NCBI GenBank assembly: GCA_018335895.1
Contig: JAGXQU010000081.1
Location: 8,045 to 72,044 of the forward strand
Source of the DNA: Hyphomicrobiales bacterium
GTDB taxonomy: Bacteria; Pseudomonadota; Alphaproteobacteria; Rhizobiales; Xanthobacteraceae
Direction of reading: 5' to 3'
DNA: 64,000 bases
Positions 29,086 through 37,763 of this stretch are shown one piece after another. The translations under genes and the position numbers were made by a program. Under the pieces are notes generated by a model, which did no database searches, was not told where the DNA came from, and was given only the letters and a program-made list of their open reading frames with translations. Each line of letters starts with the position of its first letter. Within the stretch, counting starts at the first letter, position 1.

Positions 29086-29436
29086 GTGAGCTTAGGCAAG
29101 GCATTGCGTGACGTTCGCGCTCTGCGCGGAATAAGCCTTCGAGCCGTTGAAGAGGCGACGGGAATTTCGAACGCGTACCTTTCGCAACTTGAACGGGGCG
29201 ACGCGGTGCGACCTGCACCCGACAAACTTCAAGCACTCGCGAGGTTCTACGGTATTCCTTACGAGCAACTTCTTCGCGATGCGGGCTACCTCAAGAATAG
29301 CGACGGGGACGCCGAGCGAGACCAAACTAGCGCCGTTCAGGCGGCGTTGATGAGCGCCAAGCTCACGCCTGAAGAGGAAGATGCAGTCGTCAAGTACATC
29401 CAGTTTTTGCGTTTCGAGAACAATCGAAAGAAGTGA
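29086..29436 (+). CDS. XRE-family HTH regulator (CapH-like)
   Basis: 'LRGISLRAVEEATGISNAYLSQLERGD'. GTG start preceded by AAAGGAG. Confidence 0.85.
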   Translation: MSLGKALRDVRALRGISLRAVEEATGISNAYLSQLERGDAVRPAPDKLQALARFYGIPYEQLLRDAGYLKNSDGDAERDQTSAVQAALMSAKLTPEEEDAVVKYIQFLRFENNRKK

Positions 29437-29445
29437 GGCAAGCGC

Positions 29446-30348
29446 TTGGCCCTACCGAAGCAGAAGATCGCGGTAAGGCCGGACTCGGAGGCCAAGCTTG
29501 CGAAGTTGGTGCGAAAACTCCTTCGCGAAGCGGGGGTAGAGGCTATTTTGCCGACGCCGCTTGACCGACTCTTCGAGGTCGCAAAGGTCAAGAACATCGC
29601 GGAACTGCCGGACGAAGAAGCGTTCCTAAAGTCGCTGTCGAAAAAAGTTCAGAACTTCTTCCTCAGCGCGAAGCAGAAGCTTCGCGGAATCGCCGATCTT
29701 CGCGAACGCGCTTCCTACGTCCCTCCCGATCCGAACAACATCGGGCGTGAGCGCTTCGCCAAGGGCCACGAGCTCGGCCACAACGTAATCCCGTGGCACA
29801 ACATTGATCCCGCCTATCTCGATGACGACGAGTCGCTCGGCGCGAGCGCCAAAGGCGTGTTCGAGCACGAGGCGAATTTCTTTAGCTCCGAGGTAATCTT
29901 TCAAGGTCAGGCATTCCAAAAGCGTGCTCGCGACTTCGCGCCGTCCTTCAGCGCGATCTTCCAACTCGCGAAAGAAACCGGTGCTTCCAACCAAGCGACG
30001 GCGTGGCGTTTCGTCGAAGAGCAAGACGAAGCGATTGCGTTGCTCATCTATTATCCCAGTAAGGCGATCGACGAAGAGGGTAATTCTGTTCTCTCTCTAT
30101 GGCGTTCGGTCGGATCGCCTCAATTCAATCGTCGCTTTCCTGAGATCGATGTTCCGCGCGCGGTGCGGACGGGACATCCATGGGTCGCCGCACGTGATTT
30201 CAACAAAGTTTTCGATGGCACCGGCGAACTCCTGAACGGCGACCAAAATGTGACGTTCGAGTGGAATAGTTGGTGGAACCGACGCGCGCTTTGTGTCCTG
30301 ATCCGGCGGAAGCCGCGGCTCAGCATCGTTCGCGATATTCTTGCGTGA
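29446..30348 (+). CDS. ImmA/IrrE-family zinc metallopeptidase (CapP-like)
   Basis: HExxH 'GHELGHNVIPWH' plus downstream 'FEHEANFFSSEV'. Starts 10 nt after the HTH gene. Confidence 0.85.
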   Translation: MALPKQKIAVRPDSEAKLAKLVRKLLREAGVEAILPTPLDRLFEVAKVKNIAELPDEEAFLKSLSKKVQNFFLSAKQKLRGIADLRERASYVPPDPNNIGRERFAKGHELGHNVIPWHNIDPAYLDDDESLGASAKGVFEHEANFFSSEVIFQGQAFQKRARDFAPSFSAIFQLAKETGASNQATAWRFVEEQDEAIALLIYYPSKAIDEEGNSVLSLWRSVGSPQFNRRFPEIDVPRAVRTGHPWVAARDFNKVFDGTGELLNGDQNVTFEWNSWWNRRALCVLIRRKPRLSIVRDILA

Positions 30349-30690
30349 TTTCTCACGCGCATGCGCTTCGTTTTATTTCTCTACTATTTTCTCAATAAAC
30401 TTGATGCCGTCTTGTCCCGTCCTGCCAGTGGCCTTGAGCAACGCGCGCACTTGCCACTTAGATTTTTCATTATGTCGAACGCGTCCCTCACCTTGCAGGA
30501 TTCGAACCGGTCTCTTCGGCTCCGGTCTGCGAATTTCGGATATTCGCTAAACGCTGGCCCAGACTTCGGGCCGAAAAGTCGAGTATCGAAGCCAGCAATT
30601 TGTCTGGTGGGTTTAAGGCGTCCCGGAAACCCCGCCTAATGGCGGCCATCCCGGCCGAAATCTGGATATCTTCGGTTCGACAGAAACGGC

Positions 30691-30740
30691 TGGTTGGGGC
30701 GCCAGGATTCGAACCTGGGAATGGCGGAATCAAAATCCGT
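30691..30740 (-). pseudogene. 3' fragment of tRNA-Gln(UUG): anticodon arm to CCA, with no acceptor 5' strand or D-arm
   Basis: The minus strand reads ACGGA-TTTTGAT-TCCGC CATT CCCAGG-TTCGAAT-CCTGG CGCCCCA A CCA. The upstream 26 nt cannot form an acceptor stem or D-arm. Confidence 0.7.
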
Positions 30741-30800
30741 CTAACTCCCCAGAGATTTCAGGGCCCTTTCTGAAATTTGTGACAGTGTTCCCACATTTGC

Positions 30801-30823
30801 CCCTTTGAAATCAAAGGGTTTTT
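30801..30823 (+). terminator. terminator-like hairpin with T-tract (orphan)
   Basis: CCCTTTG-AAAT-CAAAGGG followed by TTTTT. There is no obvious plus-strand gene upstream. Confidence 0.4.
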
Positions 30824-30861
30824 CAGAATTTCAGAATTGGGCTCTTGGAGCCTAGGTCCAG

Positions 30862-32496
30862 CTAAGCAGCATTTCTGCGGGCGTCCTGCAGAATCATATC
30901 GGCTGCTTTCTCGCCGATTAGAACCGCCGGCGCATTGGTATTCGGCGAAACCATCGACGGCATGATCGAGATATCCGCGACGCGAAGGCCGTCGATTCCC
31001 CGAACACGCAGTCTGGCATCGACGACATCCATGGGACCACTGCCCATGCGGCACGTACTGATGCCATGCCAAGCGGTCTGGCCCGTTTGCCGGATGTAGT
31101 CCAGCAAATCGTTTTCGTCCGTGACTTCCGGGCCGGGCCGCGTCTCGCGAACGATATAGGGTCTGAGCGACGGTTGCGCCGCAATCTCCCGCACCATGCG
31201 CACCGCTCGCCGATAGGTGCCGATGTCGTCTTCGTGCGTCAGGTAGTTCACTTTGATCGCGGGATCTTCGCGCGGGTCTGCGCTCTTTATATGAACACTG
31301 CCTCGCGACTCGGGGCGAATCTTGAATACACCGATCGAAAATCCGGGGAAGTCGTCGATACCAGCGGCCTTGCTGCGCGAATAGCGGTCCTTGCCGCTGA
31401 TCAACACGATCTGGATTTTCAGATCCGGACTCGGAAGATCGGGTTTGGATTTTGCAAGCGCATGTACCGTCGAGGAGGTGCCGCTCAGCATGCCCTTGCG
31501 GGTGAGCACGTATTTCAGGCCTTCGAGATAGCGGCGCCACGCACTCGTCATGATGTCGTTGATGGTGATGCGTTTCGTGCATTCATAACTGAAGCGGAAC
31601 TGCAGGTGATCGCTTAAATGCTCGCCCACGCCGGGAAGATCGGCGACCACCGGAATGCCGTGCGCGCGCAGCAGCGCCGGATCGCCGATACCCGATAGCT
31701 CGAGGATCTGCGGGGTCTTCAGCGCGCCGGCGGCGAGAATAACTTCGCCGCGGCAACGTGCTGTTTTCTTGACGTCGTCTTGAAGATACTCGACGCCGAC
31801 TGCCCGCTTCTGCTCAAGGAGCACGCGCGTCGCCAATGCGCGCGTTTCGATGGTCAGGTTCTTCCGCTTCCTGGCTGCTTTCAGATAAGCAAGATCGGTA
31901 CTCGATCGGACACCCTTGCGGTCGATGCTTTGCTGCAGATACCCAACGCCTTCGAACACGCGCCCGTTGTAGTCTTCATTCTCAGGAATTCCAGCATCGA
32001 CGCAGGCTTTAAGGTAGGCGTCTGATAGCGGATCGGGATCGTAGGTGCCGCGATTGAGAACTTTGACCGCTCCGCCATGGCCGCGAACCGCGGGATCCCC
32101 TTCGGGGTAGTCTTCCAGCTTCTTATAGTAAGGAAGAATGTCTTCGAATCCCCAGCCCTCGTTGCCCCAGTTCTTCCAGCGATCGAATTCTTCCGGTTCC
32201 CCGCGCACCCATGCCGTTCCATTAACCGCACTCGAACCGCCCAGCAGCTTTCCGCGCGGCGTATAGATTTGCTGACCAAATAGCTCCGGCTCAGGCTCCG
32301 TCCTGAACGGCCAAACATATTTCTCGTTGGTGAGGAGTTTTCCAACGCCGAGGGGAATACGAATCCAAACCGAGTTGGGCTCGCCGCCGGCTTCCAGCAG
32401 CAGAACCTTGAATTCCGGCGTCTCGCTTAAACGGGCCGCCACCGCGGCGCCAGCTGATCCCGCTCCGACGACGATAAAGTCGAATTCTTCTTTCAC
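30862..32496 (-). CDS. GMC-family FAD oxidoreductase (choline dehydrogenase-like)
   Basis: '[21 protein letters not shown]'. The GTG at 32496 is preceded by GGGGAG. The track ORF extends to 32559. Confidence 0.9.
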   Translation of the reverse strand: MKEEFDFIVVGAGSAGAAVAARLSETPEFKVLLLEAGGEPNSVWIRIPLGVGKLLTNEKYVWPFRTEPEPELFGQQIYTPRGKLLGGSSAVNGTAWVRGEPEEFDRWKNWGNEGWGFEDILPYYKKLEDYPEGDPAVRGHGGAVKVLNRGTYDPDPLSDAYLKACVDAGIPENEDYNGRVFEGVGYLQQSIDRKGVRSSTDLAYLKAARKRKNLTIETRALATRVLLEQKRAVGVEYLQDDVKKTARCRGEVILAAGALKTPQILELSGIGDPALLRAHGIPVVADLPGVGEHLSDHLQFRFSYECTKRITINDIMTSAWRRYLEGLKYVLTRKGMLSGTSSTVHALAKSKPDLPSPDLKIQIVLISGKDRYSRSKAAGIDDFPGFSIGVFKIRPESRGSVHIKSADPREDPAIKVNYLTHEDDIGTYRRAVRMVREIAAQPSLRPYIVRETRPGPEVTDENDLLDYIRQTGQTAWHGISTCRMGSGPMDVVDARLRVRGIDGLRVADISIMPSMVSPNTNAPAVLIGEKAADMILQDARRNAA

Positions 32497-32745
32497 GTGT
32501 TCTCCCCTAAGCGGGCAGCCGTTCGGCGCCGCGCCTCCGTACGCAATTTGCGGGACCAAATGGAATCGGATCCGCCCGCTTCTTTTCGTAGCGAAGCGAA
32601 ACGCAGTTGCAGCAGCGAATCCACGCCCAAGGTCCGAATATCAGCTATACAAAGCCAGAACGATCCTCACACTGTATATAGGGGCGCTCAGGCAGCGAAC
32701 AGCCGGAAGTCCGCTTTCCGGAGGGAAAAGGGACTCGCAACACAA

Positions 32746-33852
32746 ATGCCGTTTGGCGCCTTCACAAAATCTGCGGACGGCAAGCCCGGCGTCTTTCATC
32801 CCGAGCGCTTTCCCTACCAGCGTTTCGGGTTCGCACTCGCAATCGGCCTAGTAGGCGCCCTGGTCTTTCTGCATTTCCGCTTGCCGCTCGCCTGGATGCT
32901 GGGCCCCATGACGGCTTGCACCATTGCATCTCTGCTCGGGGCGCGCATCGAGGCCCCTGCGATCGTCGTCCCGGTTATGACGATAATTGTCGGAGTCATG
33001 CTCGGTTCGGGTTTCTCGCCTGGGCTGATCGGTCAATTGCAGAATTGGCTCCTTCCGCTCGCTGGGCTTGTCATCTCGCTCATTCTCGGCGGACTCGCCT
33101 GCGTTCTATATCTTCGTTTGATCGTTGGACTGAGCCTGCCTGACGCATTTTTCGCAGGCATGCCCGGCGGTCTCGTCGAGATGGTTGTGATGGGTGAACA
33201 ATACGGCGCGAACGGCCGGACTGTGGCCCTCATCCATTCCTGCCGGATTTTGCTCGTCGTATTAATGCTACCTTTCTTCATCCAGATCGTGTCCGGCGTT
33301 ACACTCTCTATTCCGCAAGTCGGTGGCGCGTCGATCTTCACGACGCCATGGCACAGCTACGCATTCCTGATCGGTACCGGTTTGATTGGCGTGCTGGTCG
33401 GTCAAGCTTTGAAACTCCGTGCCAAATTTCTGCTGGGACCGATGGTCGTCAGCGCGGTCGTGCACTTGTCAGGCCTTTCCGATTTCAAGCCCCCTGTCGA
33501 ACTGCTCAATCTCGCGCAGCTCGTACTGGGCACTGCGATTGGTTGTCGCTTTTCAGGAATGCCGAGGCGCGAAGTGCTACGTCTGCTGGGCTATTCGGTC
33601 GGCTTCACCATCTTATTGCTTCTGATCACAGTAAGCGCCGCAATAACCGTTAGCCACGTCGGCAGTTTTGATTTCCTGCCACTCCTGTTGGCCTATGCGC
33701 CAGGTGGGCTCACGGAAATGAGCTTGATCTCTCTCGCGCTCCAAGCCGAAGTCGCATTCGTCGCGACGCACCACATCTTCCGGGTTCTTTTCGTCACGGT
33801 TGGAGCAGCCTTCGTATTCAGTCGGGTTCGGCGGAACACGAATGTAACCTAA
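32746..33852 (+). CDS. AbrB-family (putative ammonia monooxygenase-like) duplicated membrane protein
   Basis: Two repeats containing 'MLGPM' / 'LLGPM' in a polytopic protein. ATG at 32746; the track ORF starts at 32497. Confidence 0.7.
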   Translation: MPFGAFTKSADGKPGVFHPERFPYQRFGFALAIGLVGALVFLHFRLPLAWMLGPMTACTIASLLGARIEAPAIVVPVMTIIVGVMLGSGFSPGLIGQLQNWLLPLAGLVISLILGGLACVLYLRLIVGLSLPDAFFAGMPGGLVEMVVMGEQYGANGRTVALIHSCRILLVVLMLPFFIQIVSGVTLSIPQVGGASIFTTPWHSYAFLIGTGLIGVLVGQALKLRAKFLLGPMVVSAVVHLSGLSDFKPPVELLNLAQLVLGTAIGCRFSGMPRREVLRLLGYSVGFTILLLLITVSAAITVSHVGSFDFLPLLLAYAPGGLTEMSLISLALQAEVAFVATHHIFRVLFVTVGAAFVFSRVRRNTNVT

Positions 33853-33858
33853 GAATAC

Positions 33859-34878
33859 TTAGCCTGCATGCGAGCGCGGGATCAGTCTCGGTTGTAGCAC
33901 TTCGACATTGTCAGACCTGCGTCTTCCGCCCGCCTCGACATTCCCCGCAATTCGCACTTTACGCGCCTCTTCCCGAACGATTTGCAGAAGCGTTTTCACA
34001 GTGTTCGTCATAGGCTTCTGCTTTGAAGTCACCGCAACAACGGTCGAACTGATTACGGGATCGGTAAGTTTAGTCAGCACGATATCGCCGTCATATTTGT
34101 AGCTGTAAAGCGCGGGCGGCGTCAGAATCGAGCAGCCGACGCCTCGCCGCACGAGATCGAGGATTCCGCTTAGCCCATCGACTTCGAGAACGATATTCAG
34201 ACGCATGCCCAGTTCTGCGGCGACTTCATCGACCCGGAGGCGCAAGCCGTGCGGTCGCCCCGGCAGAATCAGCGGTATGTTCTCAAGCTCCGCGAAGGGA
34301 ATTGTCTCGACGCCGGCAAGGGGGCGCGTCCTCGCGCTGACGAGTACCGGCTCCTCGATCCAGAGCCGCTCGCCTTTCAGCGTGGGCGTGAGCGCGTCTT
34401 CGTAAAGTAAACCGATGTCTACCCGACCGTTCGCCACCCATTCCAGCACGAAGCCCGTATAGCTTTCGACAATTCGGAGTTTCGAATTCGGCACTTCCTT
34501 CAGAAAACGCTCGGCAACAACGCTGCTCAACACTTTACCTGCGACCGGCCCCAGGGCCAGTACTGCAGAGCCGGCGGGATTGTTGGAAATCTCGGCCACC
34601 TCGGCCTGCGCCTGTTCGAGACGAAGCAGTATCGCCTTTCCGTGCTGATAGAGGCTTTCGCCTGCTTCGGTCAGCAAGGCACCCCGTCCATTGCGATCGA
34701 ACAGCCGCGCTTTGAAGTGTTCCTCGAGACGGCGAATGGATCGGCTAAGGGTTGGTTGCGGTACATTCAGAACCGCAGCCGCTTTCGAGAAGCCGGCGGA
34801 TTCCGCAACCTGAAGAAAGTAGCGAAGGCTGTGGACGACAAACAGGTTTTCGACCCCCGCTTCGTTGAACGCGCTCAT
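33859..34878 (-). CDS. LysR-family transcriptional regulator
   Basis: 'LRYFLQVAESAGFSKAAAVLNVPQPTLSRSIRRLEEHF'. Confidence 0.9.
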   Translation of the reverse strand: MSAFNEAGVENLFVVHSLRYFLQVAESAGFSKAAAVLNVPQPTLSRSIRRLEEHFKARLFDRNGRGALLTEAGESLYQHGKAILLRLEQAQAEVAEISNNPAGSAVLALGPVAGKVLSSVVAERFLKEVPNSKLRIVESYTGFVLEWVANGRVDIGLLYEDALTPTLKGERLWIEEPVLVSARTRPLAGVETIPFAELENIPLILPGRPHGLRLRVDEVAAELGMRLNIVLEVDGLSGILDLVRRGVGCSILTPPALYSYKYDGDIVLTKLTDPVISSTVVAVTSKQKPMTNTVKTLLQIVREEARKVRIAGNVEAGGRRRSDNVEVLQPRLIPRSHAG

Positions 34879-35051
34879 ATGCGACCTCCCTGAACACCGG
34901 CTTCTTCCAAAGGCTGATCAGGGGCTCTGCACTCTCCGGGGTTCATAACCAGAGCCATGCCTGACGCGAATAACTGGAATCCATCGCGGCAGATTCCCTA
35001 TGCTAGTCTCCGCTGATAGCTGTCTAGTATCGAGCGCGGGAAAGGCCTTCC

Positions 35052-35843
35052 ATGCCGACCGAACCCTACGAGGTCTATGCGATCCGCTACGCGCATCACG
35101 AGCGACAAGCGAGCGCCAATTTTCTTGGCGGCGACCCTCACGACGGACCGATGCCGCTCGATTACTTTCTTTGGGCGATCAAGGGCAACGGGCGTACGTT
35201 CGTCGTCGATACCGGATTTGACGAAGAGACAGCTCGCAAGCGCGGCCGCGAATTTCTGCTGAAGCCTGACGACGGACTGCGCTCCATCGGTATCGATCAC
35301 ACCAAGGTCGAAGATGTTATTCTCACGCATCTTCATCACGATCATTGCGGGAATCATCACCTGTTCCCTAAGGCGCGCTTTCACGTGCAGGACTGCGAAA
35401 TGTCGTACTGCACCGGTCGCGCGATGTGTCATCACACGCTGCGGCATGCGTTCGAGGAAGAAGATATCGTACAGATGGTGCGCCGCGTTTTCACTGGGCG
35501 TATTCGCTTTCACGATGGCACCGAAGAACTTGCTCCGGGCATCACACTTCACCACATCGGAGGGCACACGCAGGGGATTCAGGCCGTACGCGTTCTCACG
35601 CGGCGTGGTTATCTCGTACTCGCGTCGGACGTCACACACCTGTACGCCAACATGGAACGGCGCACGCCTTTTCCTGCCGTGCATAACGTCTTCGCCGCGG
35701 TGGAAGGATTCGATAAAATCGAAGCGCTTGCCAGCGCCAAGGACATGATTATCCCGGGCCACGATCCGCTCGTACTCGAAAAGTATCCCGCCATTTCTCC
35801 CTCGATGCGTGGCGTGGTTCGCCTCGATGGCGACCCGAAGTAA
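35052..35843 (+). CDS. MBL-fold hydrolase, N-acyl homoserine lactonase-like family
   Basis: 'LTHLHHDHCGN' plus downstream His/Asp ligands ('IGGHTQG', 'PGHD'). Confidence 0.8.
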   Translation: MPTEPYEVYAIRYAHHERQASANFLGGDPHDGPMPLDYFLWAIKGNGRTFVVDTGFDEETARKRGREFLLKPDDGLRSIGIDHTKVEDVILTHLHHDHCGNHHLFPKARFHVQDCEMSYCTGRAMCHHTLRHAFEEEDIVQMVRRVFTGRIRFHDGTEELAPGITLHHIGGHTQGIQAVRVLTRRGYLVLASDVTHLYANMERRTPFPAVHNVFAAVEGFDKIEALASAKDMIIPGHDPLVLEKYPAISPSMRGVVRLDGDPK

Positions 35844-35880
35844 CCACACCTCTCCAGCTTCCTGCGAAAAGGACTTGCGA

Positions 35881-36639
35881 ATGGATCTGCAGCTTGTCGG
35901 CCGTACCTGTATCATCACGGGCGCCAGCACGGGCATTGGCGCCGGCTGTGCGAGAGCATTGGCAGCGGAAGGTGCGCGCGTCGCTATCGTCGGCCGCCGG
36001 GAAGCATTCCTTCGGGATGTAGCGGACCAGATTGCGGCCAATGGCTTCGAGCGCCCTCTTCCGATCGTTGCAGATCTTCTGGATGCGTCCGGCGCCGCGC
36101 AGGTGGCAAAGGCTGCCATCGATGCGTTCGGCCACGTCGACATTCTCGTCAACTCACTCGGCAGTTCGCGAACGCTGAAGCCGGATTCAAGCGACGCCGA
36201 ATGGGACGAGGCGATGAACCTCAATTTCACTTCCACGCGGCGCATGACGCAGGCAGTGCTGCCGCAGATGCGTGCGCGGAAATGGGGACGCATCATCAAC
36301 ATCACCGGCAGCATGGAACCTCGTGCAACCAACGGCGCCACGGCAGCCAAAGCTGCCGTGCACATGTGGTCCAAGGGCCTGTCCTGCGATCTCGCCGCAG
36401 AAGGCATTACCGTCAATTGCATTCCGCCGGGACGCATCAACAGCGAGCAGATACTTTCGCGCCTGCATCCGACGGAAGCGGCCCGTCGCGAATTCATCGA
36501 ACGGCATATTCCGATCGGATATTTCGGCGAACCTGAAGACATCGGCTATCTCGTTGCGTTCCTCTCTTCGCCGCTCGCCCGCTACATCACGGGTGCGGTT
36601 GTTCCGGTCGACGGCGGCATGCACGCCTTCGGTCACTAA
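35881..36639 (+). CDS. short-chain dehydrogenase/reductase (SDR)
   Basis: 'IITGASTGIGAG', plus 'NSLG' and a later 'AAKAAV' context. ATG at 35881 (the track ORF starts at 35809). Confidence 0.85.
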   Translation: MDLQLVGRTCIITGASTGIGAGCARALAAEGARVAIVGRREAFLRDVADQIAANGFERPLPIVADLLDASGAAQVAKAAIDAFGHVDILVNSLGSSRTLKPDSSDAEWDEAMNLNFTSTRRMTQAVLPQMRARKWGRIINITGSMEPRATNGATAAKAAVHMWSKGLSCDLAAEGITVNCIPPGRINSEQILSRLHPTEAARREFIERHIPIGYFGEPEDIGYLVAFLSSPLARYITGAVVPVDGGMHAFGH

Positions 36640-36708
36640 TCCGCCGACTTGGCCGTTCTTCACCTTCAACCGCAGGCAGATCCGTCCGGCTGCGCTCAAG
36701 GCCGATCC

Positions 36709-37758
36709 TTACAAGCCGGCTATCAACAGTCCCGCCAGGGCGACGGCAAGAATGACGATCGAGGTTCCGACGATCGTCACGATATGACGCCATCCCAGAC
36801 CCAGAATCGAATTGACCGAGGTTCCAAGTCCCAGCGCACCGATCGCGACGAGCAGTCCCCACGTCGACACATCGACCAGCACTGGTTTCAGCGAAGCGTA
36901 CGCAGCCGCCAGCGCCGGAACGCCGGGCACGAAACTGTTAACGAGACAAAGGATTACGAAGACGATCGCAAACACCGGTACCGGTACCTTTGCGTCGCTT
37001 TGCGAACTTCCGGTCTTCGCGAGCCACCAGCCGATACCGACGACGACCGGTAACAGCAGAAAGACCCTGAACAACTTCACAATCACGGCCGCATTGCCCG
37101 CGTCATCGGATATCGAGTAACCGGCACCGACCACCTGCGCGACATCGTGGATCGTGGCGCCGAGGAAAACTCCGCTGGTGCGCGCATCGAACCCGGCCCA
37201 GGTGCAGATCACCGGATAAAGGATCATTGCCAGCGTCGAAAGAGCGTTTACGGCTACGACCACGAAAGCAATGTCTGCAGCCTTTTTCGGATAGTTCGGA
37301 AGCACCGTCGATGTGGCGAGTGCCGCGGAAGCGCCGCAAACGGCCGTAGCTGCGCCCGCCAGTGCGCCATAGAATTTGCTCACGCCGAGAAGCCGAGCGA
37401 ACGCAACGCCCGAAGCCAGCGTCGCAAACATCGCAAAAACGACAATCGCTGCCGTCGTCAGGCCCAGCGCGAGAATATCGCCGAGCGCAATGCGCAAGCC
37501 AAGCAAGGCGACTGCCCAGCGCAGTACGGTACGGACGCAGAATGCGAGACCGGGCTGAAACAGCGGCCTGCTCGCAATAAAATGCAGCGCAATTCCGATC
37601 AGCAGCGCGATCACCATCGCGGGGATAGGGAACACGCGCGCGACGAATGGCGCACTCATCACGGCAACGACTGCAACCAGCGCTGCAAGCAGGATGCCGG
37701 GTAAAAGATTTGCCGGGCTCGGGATCGAGCCCGAAATGTTCAACTCTTCGGTTTTCAC
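36709..37758 (-). CDS. YeiH/UPF0324-family membrane protein
   Basis: Polytopic ~349-aa protein. The GTG at 37758 lies just after the upstream stop. The track ORF's 86-aa N-terminal extension overlaps the upstream gene. Confidence 0.7.
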   Translation of the reverse strand: MKTEELNISGSIPSPANLLPGILLAALVAVVAVMSAPFVARVFPIPAMVIALLIGIALHFIASRPLFQPGLAFCVRTVLRWAVALLGLRIALGDILALGLTTAAIVVFAMFATLASGVAFARLLGVSKFYGALAGAATAVCGASAALATSTVLPNYPKKAADIAFVVVAVNALSTLAMILYPVICTWAGFDARTSGVFLGATIHDVAQVVGAGYSISDDAGNAAVIVKLFRVFLLLPVVVGIGWWLAKTGSSQSDAKVPVPVFAIVFVILCLVNSFVPGVPALAAAYASLKPVLVDVSTWGLLVAIGALGLGTSVNSILGLGWRHIVTIVGTSIVILAVALAGLLIAGL

Positions 37759-37763
37759 ACTTG

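Noticed and set aside
30349-30385. GCGCATGCGC palindrome followed by a T-rich tract after the ImmA-like gene
   Set aside because: The stem would enclose only a 2-nt loop, so it is unlikely to be a functional intrinsic terminator.
30481-30560. Second tRNA-like element (GGTTCGAATCC T-loop on the minus strand, plus a 6-bp stem/7-nt loop GCGAAT-ATCCGAA-ATTCGC)
   Set aside because: The T-stem does not pair (ACCGG vs CCTGC). There is no CCA and no acceptor or D-arm. At best it is a heavily degraded tRNA remnant, which I cannot support as a feature.
30361-30860. Possible two-piece (permuted) tmRNA, given the T-loop-like sequences and island junctions
   Set aside because: I looked on both strands for an Ala-resume tag reading frame of the ANDN... 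type and found none. No acceptor pairing partner was evident either.
32497-32745. Long N-terminal extensions of track ORFs (also 37759-38016, 54171-54416, 42667-42816, 47314-47388, 49338-49448, 23072-23164, 22165-22281)
   Set aside because: The extensions overlap upstream genes or intergenic promoters and lack family similarity. Internal starts with RBS-like sequences or stop/start coupling fit better.
34998-36542. 514-aa minus-strand ORF; similar long antisense ORFs at 40768-41868, 43589-44740, 46285-47379, 50428-52473, 55256-56236 and 58195-59490
   Set aside because: Each lies opposite a gene with an unambiguous family signature (MBL/SDR, HyuA, HyuB, TPP enzyme, CT/BC, amidohydrolase, DctP). 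These are shadow ORFs.
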